In this document: piece after piece, positions 13,271 to 24,399 of the stretch
How positions within the stretch are numbered: the stretch's first letter is position 1
Layout of the letters: each line of letters opens with the position of its first letter
NCBI RefSeq assembly: GCF_037042905.1
Contig: NC_087252.1
Span: 8,124,001 to 8,188,000, forward strand
Direction of reading: 5' to 3'
Source: Lytechinus pictus
Taxonomy: Eukaryota
Length of the DNA: 64,000 bases
The notes under the pieces: generated by a model
The model's input: the letters and a program-made list of their open reading frames with translations, nothing else
Told to the model about the DNA's origin: nothing
Databases searched by the model: none
Translations under genes and position numbers: made by a program

Positions 13271-13813
13271 GCGACCCTTCAGGAATTTGGTTCAATCTTC
13301 TGGGCAGACACTTCTATTCGCTTCAAGAAATCGCTACGTGATCTTATTCCTTACGTCACCCGTCACAAAGGATATATGACACATTTTCACTCATTTGATC
13401 CGCGTGGAACCCAAGATACCCCGAAGGGTCACATCTATTACTTCACCTCTCAAAAAATGTTTTCTGCTCTTGGAGTCAAGCGAGCCGAGTATTTTGAGTC
13501 ACGAAATATCACTCCGCATGCGGCGGCGAACAGACAAATATTTATCGGGAATCCCCTTTTGCAGGAAAAGTTGGTTGACCCCTTATTAGCATGCGCGCTC
13601 GATCGCGCGTGTATCGCTCCAACCGGCGCGCGGTTGGGGAAGCACCGTTTCGATGCATCCGCTTTGTCTTTGCTCTTGTACAAGAATCTGAGGGGAGAGT
13701 GGTCATCAGCGAACAACGACAATACAATCTTTGACGAACTTGTTGATATACGACGAACCACAGTAGACTGGCATTTAGCCCGTTATTGCGAATCAACTCA
13801 AAATGTGAAGTGA
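13271..13813 (+). CDS. DUF1647-like protein, last coding exon
   Basis: Acceptor ttctgtcag|, phase 0; FWADTSIRF, CALDRACIAP and HRFDASALSLLL motifs; TGA 13811-13813; AATAAA at 14416. Confidence 0.9.
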   Translation, partial: ATLQEFGSIFWADTSIRFKKSLRDLIPYVTRHKGYMTHFHSFDPRGTQDTPKGHIYYFTSQKMFSALGVKRAEYFESRNITPHAAANRQIFIGNPLLQEKLVDPLLACALDRACIAPTGARLGKHRFDASALSLLLYKNLRGEWSSANNDNTIFDELVDIRRTTVDWHLARYCESTQNVK

Positions 13814-14978
13814 TGCTTGGCCCAATTATTTGCGGAAACGCGTGACTCAATACGAATGACAGAAGTATATTTAAAAACGAAATCTCGAAAAAAGTATATG
13901 GTGCACATGCGCAGCTATAGGCATCCATGTCCCCCCAAATGATGATTGTCATCTTCCCCTGCTTCCCCTGCCATCATCTTTTGTGATGATGGAATTTGTT
14001 CCCATTTGGAACGAGGCTTTTTTCTGATATTTTTTATTTCTTACTTTTTGTCAATTACCCCCCCCTCCCTCTTCAAAAAAGAAAAAGAAAAGAATACTGT
14101 TTCAATCCCATTGAAGAATATTTGATGCCCCCATCGAATTTAATTCTTCACCTTTATCTGAAAGATTGCAACTATCAACTTGGTAACACAAAATGCATTT
14201 GAAAAATGGCGGAAAAGTAGGACCTATGTAAGCCTTTAGTATTTTCGCCTTTTTCATATTGTCATAACGTATGCCTACTAATTAATAGATCGGCTTTAAG
14301 AATTAAGTTTGATATATGAAAATAATTTGATGAAGCATCAATTTTGTAGGTCTAGACGGAATATTTTTCATTAAATGTTTCAAAATGTAATTAATGTGGC
14401 AGAAATAGTTTTTTTAATAAATGAGAGAGCTTTTAATATGACATGATTGAAAATGCTTGCTTTCTTTGCCTATTATCTTTTAAATTAATAATCTAAGTAT
14501 CTTTTAAAATCGTCATAGTCACGGAAAAAGATGGAGAGGGGGAGAGAAGGATTCGGAAACTTGATCAATCAATCTGGGGAGAGAGGGATAGAGAGAGAGG
14601 GGAGAGAGGGAGAGAGGAGGGGGGGGGGGGGGGCTTAAATAGAGAGAGAGAGAGGGGGGGGGGAGAGAGAGAGAAGGGGGGGGATGCTGATGCGGGTCCA
14701 TAACAATTATATTTCATTAAAAATGAAAAAAAAAGCAAGATTGAGTCATCCCCATGGCAAATACCAGTGTTTTAGGCAAAAATGATTTAAGTAAATAAGG
14801 AAACAAGATGAAAAGAAAAAAACAGAAGAAAATATCATGGAGAGAAAAAAAAAACTGTTAAAGGGACTCACAGGAAAGGTCGAGTTCAACGCAGATCGGA
14901 ATCGATGATGGTGGTGGTGATGATGATAATTATGATGATAATGATGATGATGGTGGTGAGATGATGATGATATTTTAA

Positions 14979-15914
14979 GGACGTTCCACAGTTATATTTG
15001 TGCGCATCATGATCTGCGCATAGTTTACACTCTGCGCACTGACGTCACAATGGATGAACAGGTGATTAATAAGCTGCGGGTATGAGCTGGTTTTTCTCAT
15101 CTTCTGCACTTTAACTGCAGATCCGATTCGTTATTTCATGAAGCTAAAAAATTGAATTATTCCATGGACCATTCAAAAAAATATTATCTACAATTTCAAA
15201 ATACTTTACTCTGCAGTGCTGCCAAGAATTACGAATATTACCCTGAGTTTGAATAAATGGTAGAGTGGTTTTGATTTTTTCTTCACATAGATACTAAGCA
15301 TTCGGCCCATTTTTGGTGTTTTAAAAAGCACATTTGCTCTAATAAAAATGCTGATAGTTTAAAAACAAGCACATGAACCCCTATTTTTTAATGTTTGTAC
15401 CTCTTAGGTATACCTTCCTCTACAACTCTGCAAAATTTGGTGAAAATGACATGGATTTTGAATAAAGTGCAGCATTTATTGTACGTTTGTAGTTTGTTAC
15501 TGAAATTTTACATTTTTTAGATTGGGATTTTGTTATCTTTTACGCCATTTTTAATAACTGACAGTGCTGTTAAACTTAAAATTGCAAACAAATAGCACTA
15601 TTAATAGATTCTCCATTCTAACGATACAATTATTAACTCTCTTGCGAAATTTGATGACTTTTTCATGTATTTTGACTGAGTAATGGAGGTTTAAACTCAT
15701 TGTAGTAATCTTGGGCGGTCTAAAAATGCCAAATTCTTTTGAATGCGCAATTCTTAAGAACATCAATTTGGGTGAACTTTGAAGCTCTATAGCAAAAAAT
15801 CAAGCACATGGACCTATGTTTCTTTTTGCATATTTCGAATATTAAGGTTCTAAAGTATCTATGTGCAAAGTTTGGTGAAAATGACATGGATTTCACTTTA
15901 ACTGTGGAACGTCC
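14979..15914 (+). mobile_element. Kolobok-like non-autonomous element (936 bp), copy 1
   Basis: TTAA|GGACGTTCCACAGTTA ... TAACTGTGGAACGTCC|TTAA; very similar to 60142..61077. Confidence 0.88.
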
Positions 15915-16014
15915 TTAAGACATGATTTAAGAAGATAAAATCCAAATGCAGATAATCAACCTTGGCTTCCAATTCCGGGCATCCGCCCGAGATCGTCGAT
16001 CGACTCGAGAGATA

Positions 16015-16151
16015 ACGTCACCATGACAATGATTATAGCCGAGTCACGTGATTTACCGCCATTTTAATGGTAATCTCTTCGCAGATGTAAATAAGCCTGC
16101 GACCGCAGTGACCAACCTTGGTTTACTCAAGAAATTCAGCCTTTTGAAGCA
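16015..16151 (+). promoter_or_regulatory. Candidate USP2 promoter and first non-coding exon
   Basis: CpG-enriched patch (~15970-16420) with E-box GTCACGTGA (16043), YY1-like CCGCCATTTT (16056) and a donor GCA|GTAAGT at 16152; assignment to USP2 is inference. Confidence 0.4.
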
Positions 16152-17400
16152 GTAAGTAATAATTGTCATGTAAAAGTTACAATCTGGAGATAAATTAAAT
16201 GGTTGCAGTTTAGATGTTTTTGAACAATTCAGTCTCTTAAAGATGAAAATTGCGTTACAAGATGAGGTCGGTACCGGTATTTTTTGCGTTGTCGCGATGT
16301 GTTGTAGTGCTATTGCATGGAATGCCATAAATGGGTATGGTACGGACGGGTGCCGGGTGCAGCGGATACCTTCCCCCTTCGCGAGCCGATTCCACGGCTG
16401 TATGATGGGGGCCCCGGCTATGTCTGCGCACCTAAAATTTAACTTGTTTTTTTTTAACCGAATTTCTTTTTATTCCACAGAAAATCTCTGTTGATAATGT
16501 TCCTTATGATAGTAACAGTAAGTGTTCCAAATATCTCATCAAAATTTCGGAGAAACATGATGATGAGACGAGTCATTACCGGTAGGGGCCTAGTAGGCCT
16601 AGGGTGTCTGGAGAAAAATATTATTTTTCTTATTTCAAGAAAATATCACATTTTCTTTGTGAATTTGAAGAGAAATGACCTTCAGACGGACAGAAATGTA
16701 ACATTTTTGAAAAAAATCTGATTATTGGCTACAAAAAAGAAGAATGAAATTAGGTCAATTTTCAGCATTTCTCTGCCATAGACTGTAGTTAAGAAATGGA
16801 CACACACAAATCCAAATTTTTAGCTTCCGAGAGCTGTTATAAATTTATTATTAATGCCAAAAACTTGTCCATAAAGAGTCAAATAGGATTTTTTATGCTC
16901 TTTCTGATGGTATGATTTTTATAAAGATTTGGAAACCAGATCACAATGAAAAATTGCGACAAAGTGAAAAAATTGTGCAAAACAGAAATTTCATTTTCCC
17001 ATAGAAAATGCATGGGGAAATGGCAATCTCAACACACACAAAAATAAGGGTTTGCAATTTATCTCTAAATCCTTAATTCAAATGATCATATAAACTTGTC
17101 CTTACTGTCAAAAGAAGCCCCTGAATTTTCTCTTTCCATACATGCCAAACACAAGTTAATAATCAATTCAGATCACGTTTTTCTAGTAGCCTGAACTTCC
17201 CGAAAAAAATATGCCACATTTTCCCCTAAATCAGCCTGTCTTATGCTGACACTTTTCAGTGTGGCTTCAGACACCCTACCCCTAGGCCTATATAGTATAC
17301 TGCCCTAGGCCTAATTAAAGTTGATCAATGATTTTCTTGAAAAAAAAAAATCTAAATTCTCAAATTTTCAGATCAGATTGAGCAAAAATATAGTGCCTTG

Positions 17401-17863
17401 CAGTGTTTCCAAAGATCCAAAACAAATTCCCAAAATTGAATCCAAAATTTTCCGAAATTTATAGACATTTCCTGGAATTTTCGAAGTTTGATTATTAAGA
17501 CTTAGGCCTTTAGGCCCTAGGCCTAACTCTTAACAAAAATCAGGCAATAAATAGTTACAGCGAGCCTAAATTTGGTCCAAGACCAAGTGACCAAAATCAA
17601 CGAATTAATATTTTTTTGTTTTTGCCCTCTTTTAAAATAAGAACAAAATTATGAAATCGGAGCGCGAGCAAACTTTGAGCTAAGACTAAGTATTGAGCTG
17701 AACAATTCTTTAAATATAACATGAACATGATAAACATGAAATTGTAACTTACATGTAGACTAATTTTTGGATTTCCTGGAATTTTTTCATTTCCTGAACC
17801 TTTTCTGGAAAAAGTAAAAATTTCCAGAAATTTCTTAAATGTTGGGAATGATTGGAAACACTG
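17401..17863. mobile_element. hAT-like MITE
   Basis: CAGTGTTTCCAA / TTGGAAACACTG TIR; flanks GTGCCTTG / GTGCCCCA. Confidence 0.55.
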
Positions 17864-18241
17864 GTGCCCCATGTTTGCACACTCATTCACTTTACACTCG
17901 TACGATTCAGGGATTTCTATGAGAAAGGCTGCATTTTTAGGTTGTCACATGAAATGCCTGAAATTCAATATTTTTCCTCCACACCTAAACTGGGGTGACT
18001 TTGGACACAACAGAGAGGGGTGTTGTTTTGTTTAATATAGTAATGGGGTGATATTTACAATTATATAGTGCTTAGAAACCAACAAAGTCACCCCAGTTAA
18101 CGGCATTTTGAATCAGATATTTCAATGAATATCTGTCTACCGTTAAAAGAACTGTAGACCTTTCATTTGCAGGTGTAAATTCGTAATAATACCTTGTAAA
18201 TTTTTACATTGCATTTATAAATAAATACAAATTATATTTAA

Positions 18242-18856
18242 GGTCAAGCCCACCCCAGAAAGTTGTTGATTTGAATCAATAGAGAAAAATCAAACAAGCA
18301 TAGGTTCTAAGAGTCTTTTGCTAAAAAATTCATCAAAATCGGATGTAAAATAAGAAAATTATGACATTAAAGATTCGCTTAATTTTACAAAACGTTTATG
18401 TACAAAATGTGGTCGGTATGCAAATGAGGGGACTGATGACATCACTCACTATCATATGAAATAAGAAATATTCTAATTTTCTCCTCATTGTCCTGTGAAA
18501 CAAATTTTCATTTCTCCCTGAACATGTGGGATTACCATTGTTTAACATTCTATGGTTCAGTCAAGCTGGTCCTTATGGCCAAATCTGCAAAAAATTAAAT
18601 ATTGTATATTACCGGTATAATTCAAACGATAAAAAACGAAAGAAATAGTGAGTGAAGGACATCATGGTTTCACTCATTAGCATACTTGTGACTAAATTGT
18701 GCATATAACTCTTTTGTGAGAAATACATGTAAGCAAAACTTTGAAATGTCATAACTTTCTTGTTTTACATCAGATTTTGATGAAATTTTCAGCATTATGC
18801 TTGTCTGATTTTTCTCTATTGATTCAAATCAACATTTTTCTGGGGTGGAATTTACC
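18242..18856. mobile_element. Kolobok-like MITE
   Basis: TTAA-flanked GGTCAAGCCCACCCCAG / CTGGGGTGGAATTTACC; same family as 57800..58392 and a fragment at ~6270-6690. Confidence 0.75.
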
Positions 18857-19285
18857 TTAAAGTCTAAAACAATCATTGGTAGAAATATTTTGTGAATAGA
18901 AAGTTTAGAACTAAGAATTGTGCAGAGAAGCTGTAGACATATATTAAAACATGATTTTTTGGTTTTGGTTTACTATAACAAGTACTGTACAGTAGATCTA
19001 CTAGTAATTGTAATTGTGTGAAAAAATCTTCATGAATTGCCCAGGGAGCCCGAGAAGTTTGCCTAGAATTGTATGGAATTTGAAATTGAATTAAATTTGT
19101 ATGGGTCTGATAGGCACCCCTAAGGTGGACAATAGGCCCTAAAGAATTGCTTCAAATGCATGCCTGACTGTCCTGACATTGCACCGCTTCTGAAATTTCC
19201 TGAGAATGAACAGGTTCTGCAGATCATGAGAAAATCTGTGCATTGAAATGTTAACAATATTCCCCCTTTTTTCTCATCCTAACAG

Positions 19286-19747
19286 GTTTATTCTGGAGTG
19301 AAAGCAAAGGAAACTCAACTAAAAGTAAACAAGACATATAAAAGCTGACTTGGCAGTGTGCAACATATTTTCATCTGGAGGTTTATATATCAAGGTGGTC
19401 ACAGAACAAGTTTCAAGAAAAAAAAGTAACAGGAAAGAAAAAAAAAAACCCATCTGGATCTAATGAAGAAATGTACTGGAGATAATCATGTGATTCTTTT
19501 AAACGTCACATGTTTCCTTTTCAAATGGAAAAAGCAAGAACACATGGATGTCAGTTTTAAATTGCATTTGATAACATATGATTGATTTTTAGACAAGGAA
19601 TTTACATGACATCTGTGACAGTTTCTGAAAGCAGGCATTGAAGCATTCATTCCAAGAGATACCATTAAAAACCAAATAACTGACCACACAATTGCAACAG
19701 CTTCACATTTACTGATTGGACTCAATACTTCTTGGATGTAAAAGGTG
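19286..19747 (+). other. Candidate USP2 5' UTR exon
   Basis: Pyrimidine tract plus ctaacag| acceptor and GTG|GTAAGT donor; no long + strand ORF; lies just upstream of the ATG-containing exon (acceptor at 20155). Confidence 0.5.
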
Positions 19748-20226
19748 GTAAGTACATGTAGCATAATAGAAATTCCCAATCATCTTCTAAGGAACAGAAA
19801 ATGAAGAAAAATGAAAGGAAAAGAAATACAGAAAGAAATTAAGAAGAAGAAAAAAAAAGAATGTTATATGAAAGAAGTAAATTATGAAAAAAAAAAAAAA
19901 AAATAGAGTAATAAAGAGAAAAAAAAAAGAAAAAAAAGGATTAAAAATACTTCTATAATTTTTACTCCCAATTGAAATTTGTTTTAATAGTAGGGAACAA
20001 TTTGCTTGATTCTTTGTATTACTGTACAGTATGTACCATTAATCAGTTCCTTTGCATAATTTAATACTGGGTATTTAATTTTAACTTTTCTGCCCACTTT
20101 ATTGCAGTTTGTGTACATTTAAAAAAATGTCAATTATGTTTCTCTATACTCTAGGAGTTCTCCCATTGGGTCAAGTGCAATTCAGATCCCACTCGCTACC
20201 CTGATGTATAGCTTGAGGATGAAACC

Positions 20227-20964
20227 ATGCCTGTACGTGTGCGCCCCTCTCCAGTGACCTATCATGGGCACTCTACAACAAGAACCAGCATGATACCCCG
20301 CCCCCCAGCTAGCTACCAGAGTACAGGCAGCTCTTCGATTCGGCGACGCATCGCACCACGCGCCACCCAACATGCCCTCGACACATCCTCATACAGCAAG
20401 CCGACCAACTTGTATTCAAGCAGTTACGGATCACCATCCACCACCAGCCGCGATGCCTACCGCCCTCATCGGTCCAGTATCACCAGTCGAACCTCCACCA
20501 ACCCCATCACCGCCACGTATGAGCCAAATAAATACGGTGCCGACTCCTCAAATATCACCACCTACAGTACTAAATACGCCTCAAGGTCGCTCCGACAAGA
20601 GCAGCGTAGCCCGAGCGTGTCTTCGCTATCTCGGGACCTACTGAAGCTGCCTCTCATGGACGATTCACCGTCCAGGACGTATAAAAGTTCAAATTTTGGC
20701 AGCGTGCATGATAACCTTTATAAATCTTCCATCGAGGACTTGCAGGCACCGCGTCCGCGGGATAGCTCCGAGAGCAGGACTTCATCTGCAAATAATACGG
20801 AAGAGGTCAAGGATAGTTACAGTAGGACAGAAAAAACATACCGACCTTCACTGCCCAATAGGGGGTCAAGCTATTCAACCCTTAAAAGAACTCCAAGTAT
20901 TGTGAAATTATCAAATAGGAGATCAAGTCTAGGTGATTATTCTTCAAGATCGACAGCTGGAGAG
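20227..20964 (+). CDS. USP2: USP2-like ubiquitin-specific protease, coding exon 1 (Ser/Thr/Arg/Tyr-rich disordered N-terminus)
   Basis: accATG at 20227 preceded by an in-frame TAG (20209); 246 codons; donor GAG|GTAAGA, phase 0. Confidence 0.85.
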
Positions 20965-21451
20965 GTAAGATTATTAAATTAAACTAGAGTACTTCCTGTA
21001 TTCTGAACTCAAATGTGATTTAAACTCTGGCTGTGGTTTACCAATGGACAGTCATTGGTGCTACACACATTGAAATGGGCAGGCTCAGTTTATCAGTTAA
21101 TTTGATGTTAAATCATTTACAACTGTCTGGGAATAATACCATAGTTTTTTTCACAACCAAAGCATGAGGAAGGTGCACATTAAATTGTAAATAAAATTTA
21201 TTGTAAACAAGTGTGGCACTGTTTGCTCCCTCCAATTTTAGAACAAAGTTAGACCATGGCCTCCGTTAAATTTGAGTTCAAAACACTGGTCTACGAGTTC
21301 ATATTGAAAAAAATGTGTGAAATGTACATGTGCCTGTTTTACGTAAAATTTATTTAACAGACTGGTGCGGTCCTGATATGTTTAACTAATGTTAATTTAC
21401 CTACATGTATATGTGCTTTAGTTTCAATTATTATTTTTTCTTCATGAACAG

Positions 21452-21511
21452 TACGGTCTTTCCACGATCAAAGGAGCTGGGAAAAGAGGGCTGAAAAACA
21501 TAGGAAATACG
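21452..21511 (+). CDS. USP2: USP2-like, coding exon 2 (first half of Cys box)
   Basis: gaacag|YGLSTIKGAGKRGLKNIGNT|gtaaga; GLxNxGNT is the USP Cys-box motif. Confidence 0.92.
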
Positions 21512-21615
21512 GTAAGATGATCTTATTAACCTCTGAATCTGAAATTCTTAATTGTGGTCTTTCTTCAATTGAAAGGTTCTGATTATGATATCTTAATGTA
21601 AAGTAAGGACAACTG

Positions 21616-21786
21616 GCGGGTGTTTCATAAAGCTGTTCACAAGTTAAGAGCGATTTTAAGAACGACTGGTGAACCTTTCTTGTGGTAAATGGTATATACA
21701 TTGGCGATGGTTTAGCGCGTAAGAAAGTATCACCAGTCGTTCTTAAAGTCGCTCTTAACTTACGAACAGCTTTATGAAACGGCCCC
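21616..21786. mobile_element. Harbinger-like palindromic MITE
   Basis: GTTTCATAAAGCTGTTC / GAACAGCTTTATGAAAC arms; 3-bp TSD CTG. Confidence 0.7.
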
Positions 21787-21853
21787 CTGAATAGATCACA
21801 GATTACCTATGGGACCTGTGTGGCGAGTAAAAATGGTAATTTTGGCTCCCATT

Positions 21854-22257
21854 GGCCCGAATTCACAAAGGTGGTTTTGAAAACCCACGGTTGAATCCAT
21901 GGTTTATGCAGATTTCCTGTATAAATTACGCTTATTTTACCGCGTATCGGGCGCGTGTATAAAAAATGTCCAATGCTGATGCGCGCTTATGTCACAGTGC
22001 GCCAAATTGACGCCTGTTACCATGGTTAGATACGCTATTTTATTTATGAGTCCACTGTTTGAAGAGTGGACTCATTAATAAAATAGGGTGGATAACCACG
22101 GCAACAGGCATCAATTTGGCGCACTGTGGCAAAAGCGCGCATCAGCATTGGACATTTTTCATCATACGCGGTAAAATAAGCGTAATCTTTACAGGAAATC
22201 TGCATAAACCATGGACTCAACCATGGGTTTTCAAAACCACCTTTGTGAATTCGGGCC
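21854..22257. mobile_element. Harbinger/ISL2EU-like fold-back MITE
   Basis: GGCCCGAATTCACAAAGGTGGTTTTGAAAACCCA / exact inverse; arms ~170 bp; 3-bp TSD ATT. Confidence 0.8.
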
Positions 22258-22329
22258 ATTGAGTTCCTTCGGGCTCCACAGCATTAAAAAAAAAATTGTA
22301 TTTTTTATGATTGTGTATTTCTCTTTTGT

Positions 22330-22736
22330 ATTTCTAGTGGTGTTATATGATCAACATTATCCATTCTGTTTTGTGTATTTCTTTCAGTGTTATATGAACA
22401 CCTTTGTCCAGTTTCTGTCTTGTTTATTTTTTTCATTGTTATATGAACACTATTTTGCAGTGTCTGTCTAGTGTATTTCTTGCAGTGAAGAAATACAATA
22501 CCCCCGGTACATAAACACCATTATCCAGTGTCTGTCTTTGTGTATTTCTTTCAGTGTTATAGGGAAACCTTTATCCAGTGTCTGTCTTTGTGTATTTCTT
22601 GCAGTGTTATATGAACACCATTATCGAGTGTCTGTCTTGTTTATTTCTTTCTCTGTTTTATGAACACCATCATCCAGTGTTTGTCTTTGTGTATTTCTTG
22701 CAGTGTTATATGAACACCATTATCCAGTGTCTGTCT
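22330..22736 (+). repeat. Tandem array (~8 x ~50 bp) of the USP2 intron 2/exon 3 junction
   Basis: Unit consensus TTTGTGTATTTCTTGCAG|TGTTATATGAACACCATTATCCAGTGTCTGTC; unit starts at 22341, 22388, 22437, 22486, 22555, 22605, 22654, 22704. Confidence 0.92.
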
Positions 22737-22836
22737 TCCATTCCGGAGTTGTCCAAGTATTGCCTTCAGATGGATAACTTCTTGCGCAACGATCATGTTA
22801 ACAGCAATAGCTACCACTCTGGCAAACTCTTTCAAG
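22704..22836 (+). CDS. USP2: USP2-like, coding exon 3 (catalytic Cys is the first codon)
   Basis: ttcttgcag|CYMNTIIQCLSSIPELSKYCL...GKLFQ G|gtaaag, phase 1. Confidence 0.9.
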
Positions 22837-23417
22837 GTAAAGGGGGAAGCATTTCATGGAACAATTCATCAGTGATTTCCATAAACGGATGTAGTAAGCT
22901 ACTGAAATTCTTGCATCTGATTGGCTAAAAGCAAATTTTCAGATGGAAATCACTGAGAAGACACTTCATGAAATGTTTCCAGGAGTTATGAGAATAATAA
23001 AGAAAATATTACATTATTCAGTCTGCATTTAAGTCAATATTCAGTATCAATACAAAACTGATTTCTTCAACTTGTTTTTCAACCAATCACATCCACTTGT
23101 ATTTTTTTTAGTTGTGATCAAACACATTCCTTTCTGTACATGGGCCCCTGGTTAAGTATGTAAAATACATGTATTTGAAATCATAGATTCTTCTGGGTAC
23201 ATTTTTAGGGCCTCTGATTTCATGTAAATAAATAGGTGCATTTATGATTTACTTTATTATTTACCTCTACTATTAAGTAAAACTCATCCTAAGTACTAAC
23301 TGCCAGCAGCATTGCTTAACACCCAACTGGAGTCTTGAAATATTATTGGCCTACAAATATGTAGTACTGCCATTAGCATAGAAATTGATGTGATCCTTCT
23401 GATGCTCTTTGATTCAG

Positions 23418-23535
23418 AGTTTGCAGAGACTCTCAAGAAACTCTGGGACCCCGACTCTACCGTCAGCTCCTTGACGCCGCACAACCTGAAGCGTCAAATT
23501 GGCAACATGCTCAGTCATGAGTTTCGTGGTTACAG
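23418..23535 (+). CDS. USP2: USP2-like, coding exon 4
   Basis: gattcag|(E)FAETLKKLWDPDSTVSSLTPHNLKRQIGNMLSHEFRGY|gttcgt, phase 1 to 2. Confidence 0.9.
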
Positions 23536-23568
23536 GTTCGTACTATATTCCTAGATTCTAATGGTCAG

Positions 23569-24396
23569 GGGCGGTATTCTGAGGTCATTTTATCTTTAAA
23601 ATATTTTATTTTATCTCTTAAAATGAAATTGGTATTCTGAGATGACATTTTATCTCTCAGATAAAATTTAAATTTTATCTTGCGTATAAATTTTATCTTG
23701 CGTATATATGATGATACGCAACAGAGCAGTGGCTGCGTAGACATATACCCATCGCGTATCTGGCCATTGCAACGCGGGTAATGTGCTTGCGCCCAAGTTA
23801 CTTTGAAGAAAAAATTAAATAAACTTAAAAGAGGGTAGGGGCTATTTTATCTCCGCGACGTTGATTTCGTCAATATTTCTAGGTGAATCAACTCCAAATG
23901 TTGGCATGAAAATTAAGAAAAATGATATATTCATTGAGAACAACACCTTAAAGTTATTCCTGTACAATCAGGAATCATTTCATAAGACTTTTCTTGACTA
24001 ATATTGTCTTTGAAATGAAGCTTGAAAAGATGCGATATAGACTTCGAAAAAAAGATGAGTATTGCCATTTTTGTTAAAAAGAAATCTCTGTAAAGAAGCG
24101 CAAGCGTATAGTGCAAGCGTATTGAAGTCAATAAAATTGACGCAATCTCACTCCTTCGCCACACCTCCTCGCGGAATGGATTTTCATTGGTTGAGTGATA
24201 TGAGAGAGCTATAAAAGCGCGTTTCTAATTGGATATTGATTAAAAAATAGGTGTGTCTTGCAAAGATAAAATGAAGATAAAATTGTTCTCAGAATACCAA
24301 TTCGGAGAGATTTTAAGGGTATTTTATCTTACTGATTTAAACGGAGATAAAATATTTTATTTTATCTGAGATAAAATGGATCTCAGAATACCACCC
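23569..24396. mobile_element. Harbinger-like MITE
   Basis: TIR GGGCGGTATTCTGAG / CTCAGAATACCACCC; 3-bp TSD CAG; subterminal TTTTATCT repeats. Confidence 0.75.
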
Positions 24397-24399
24397 CAG

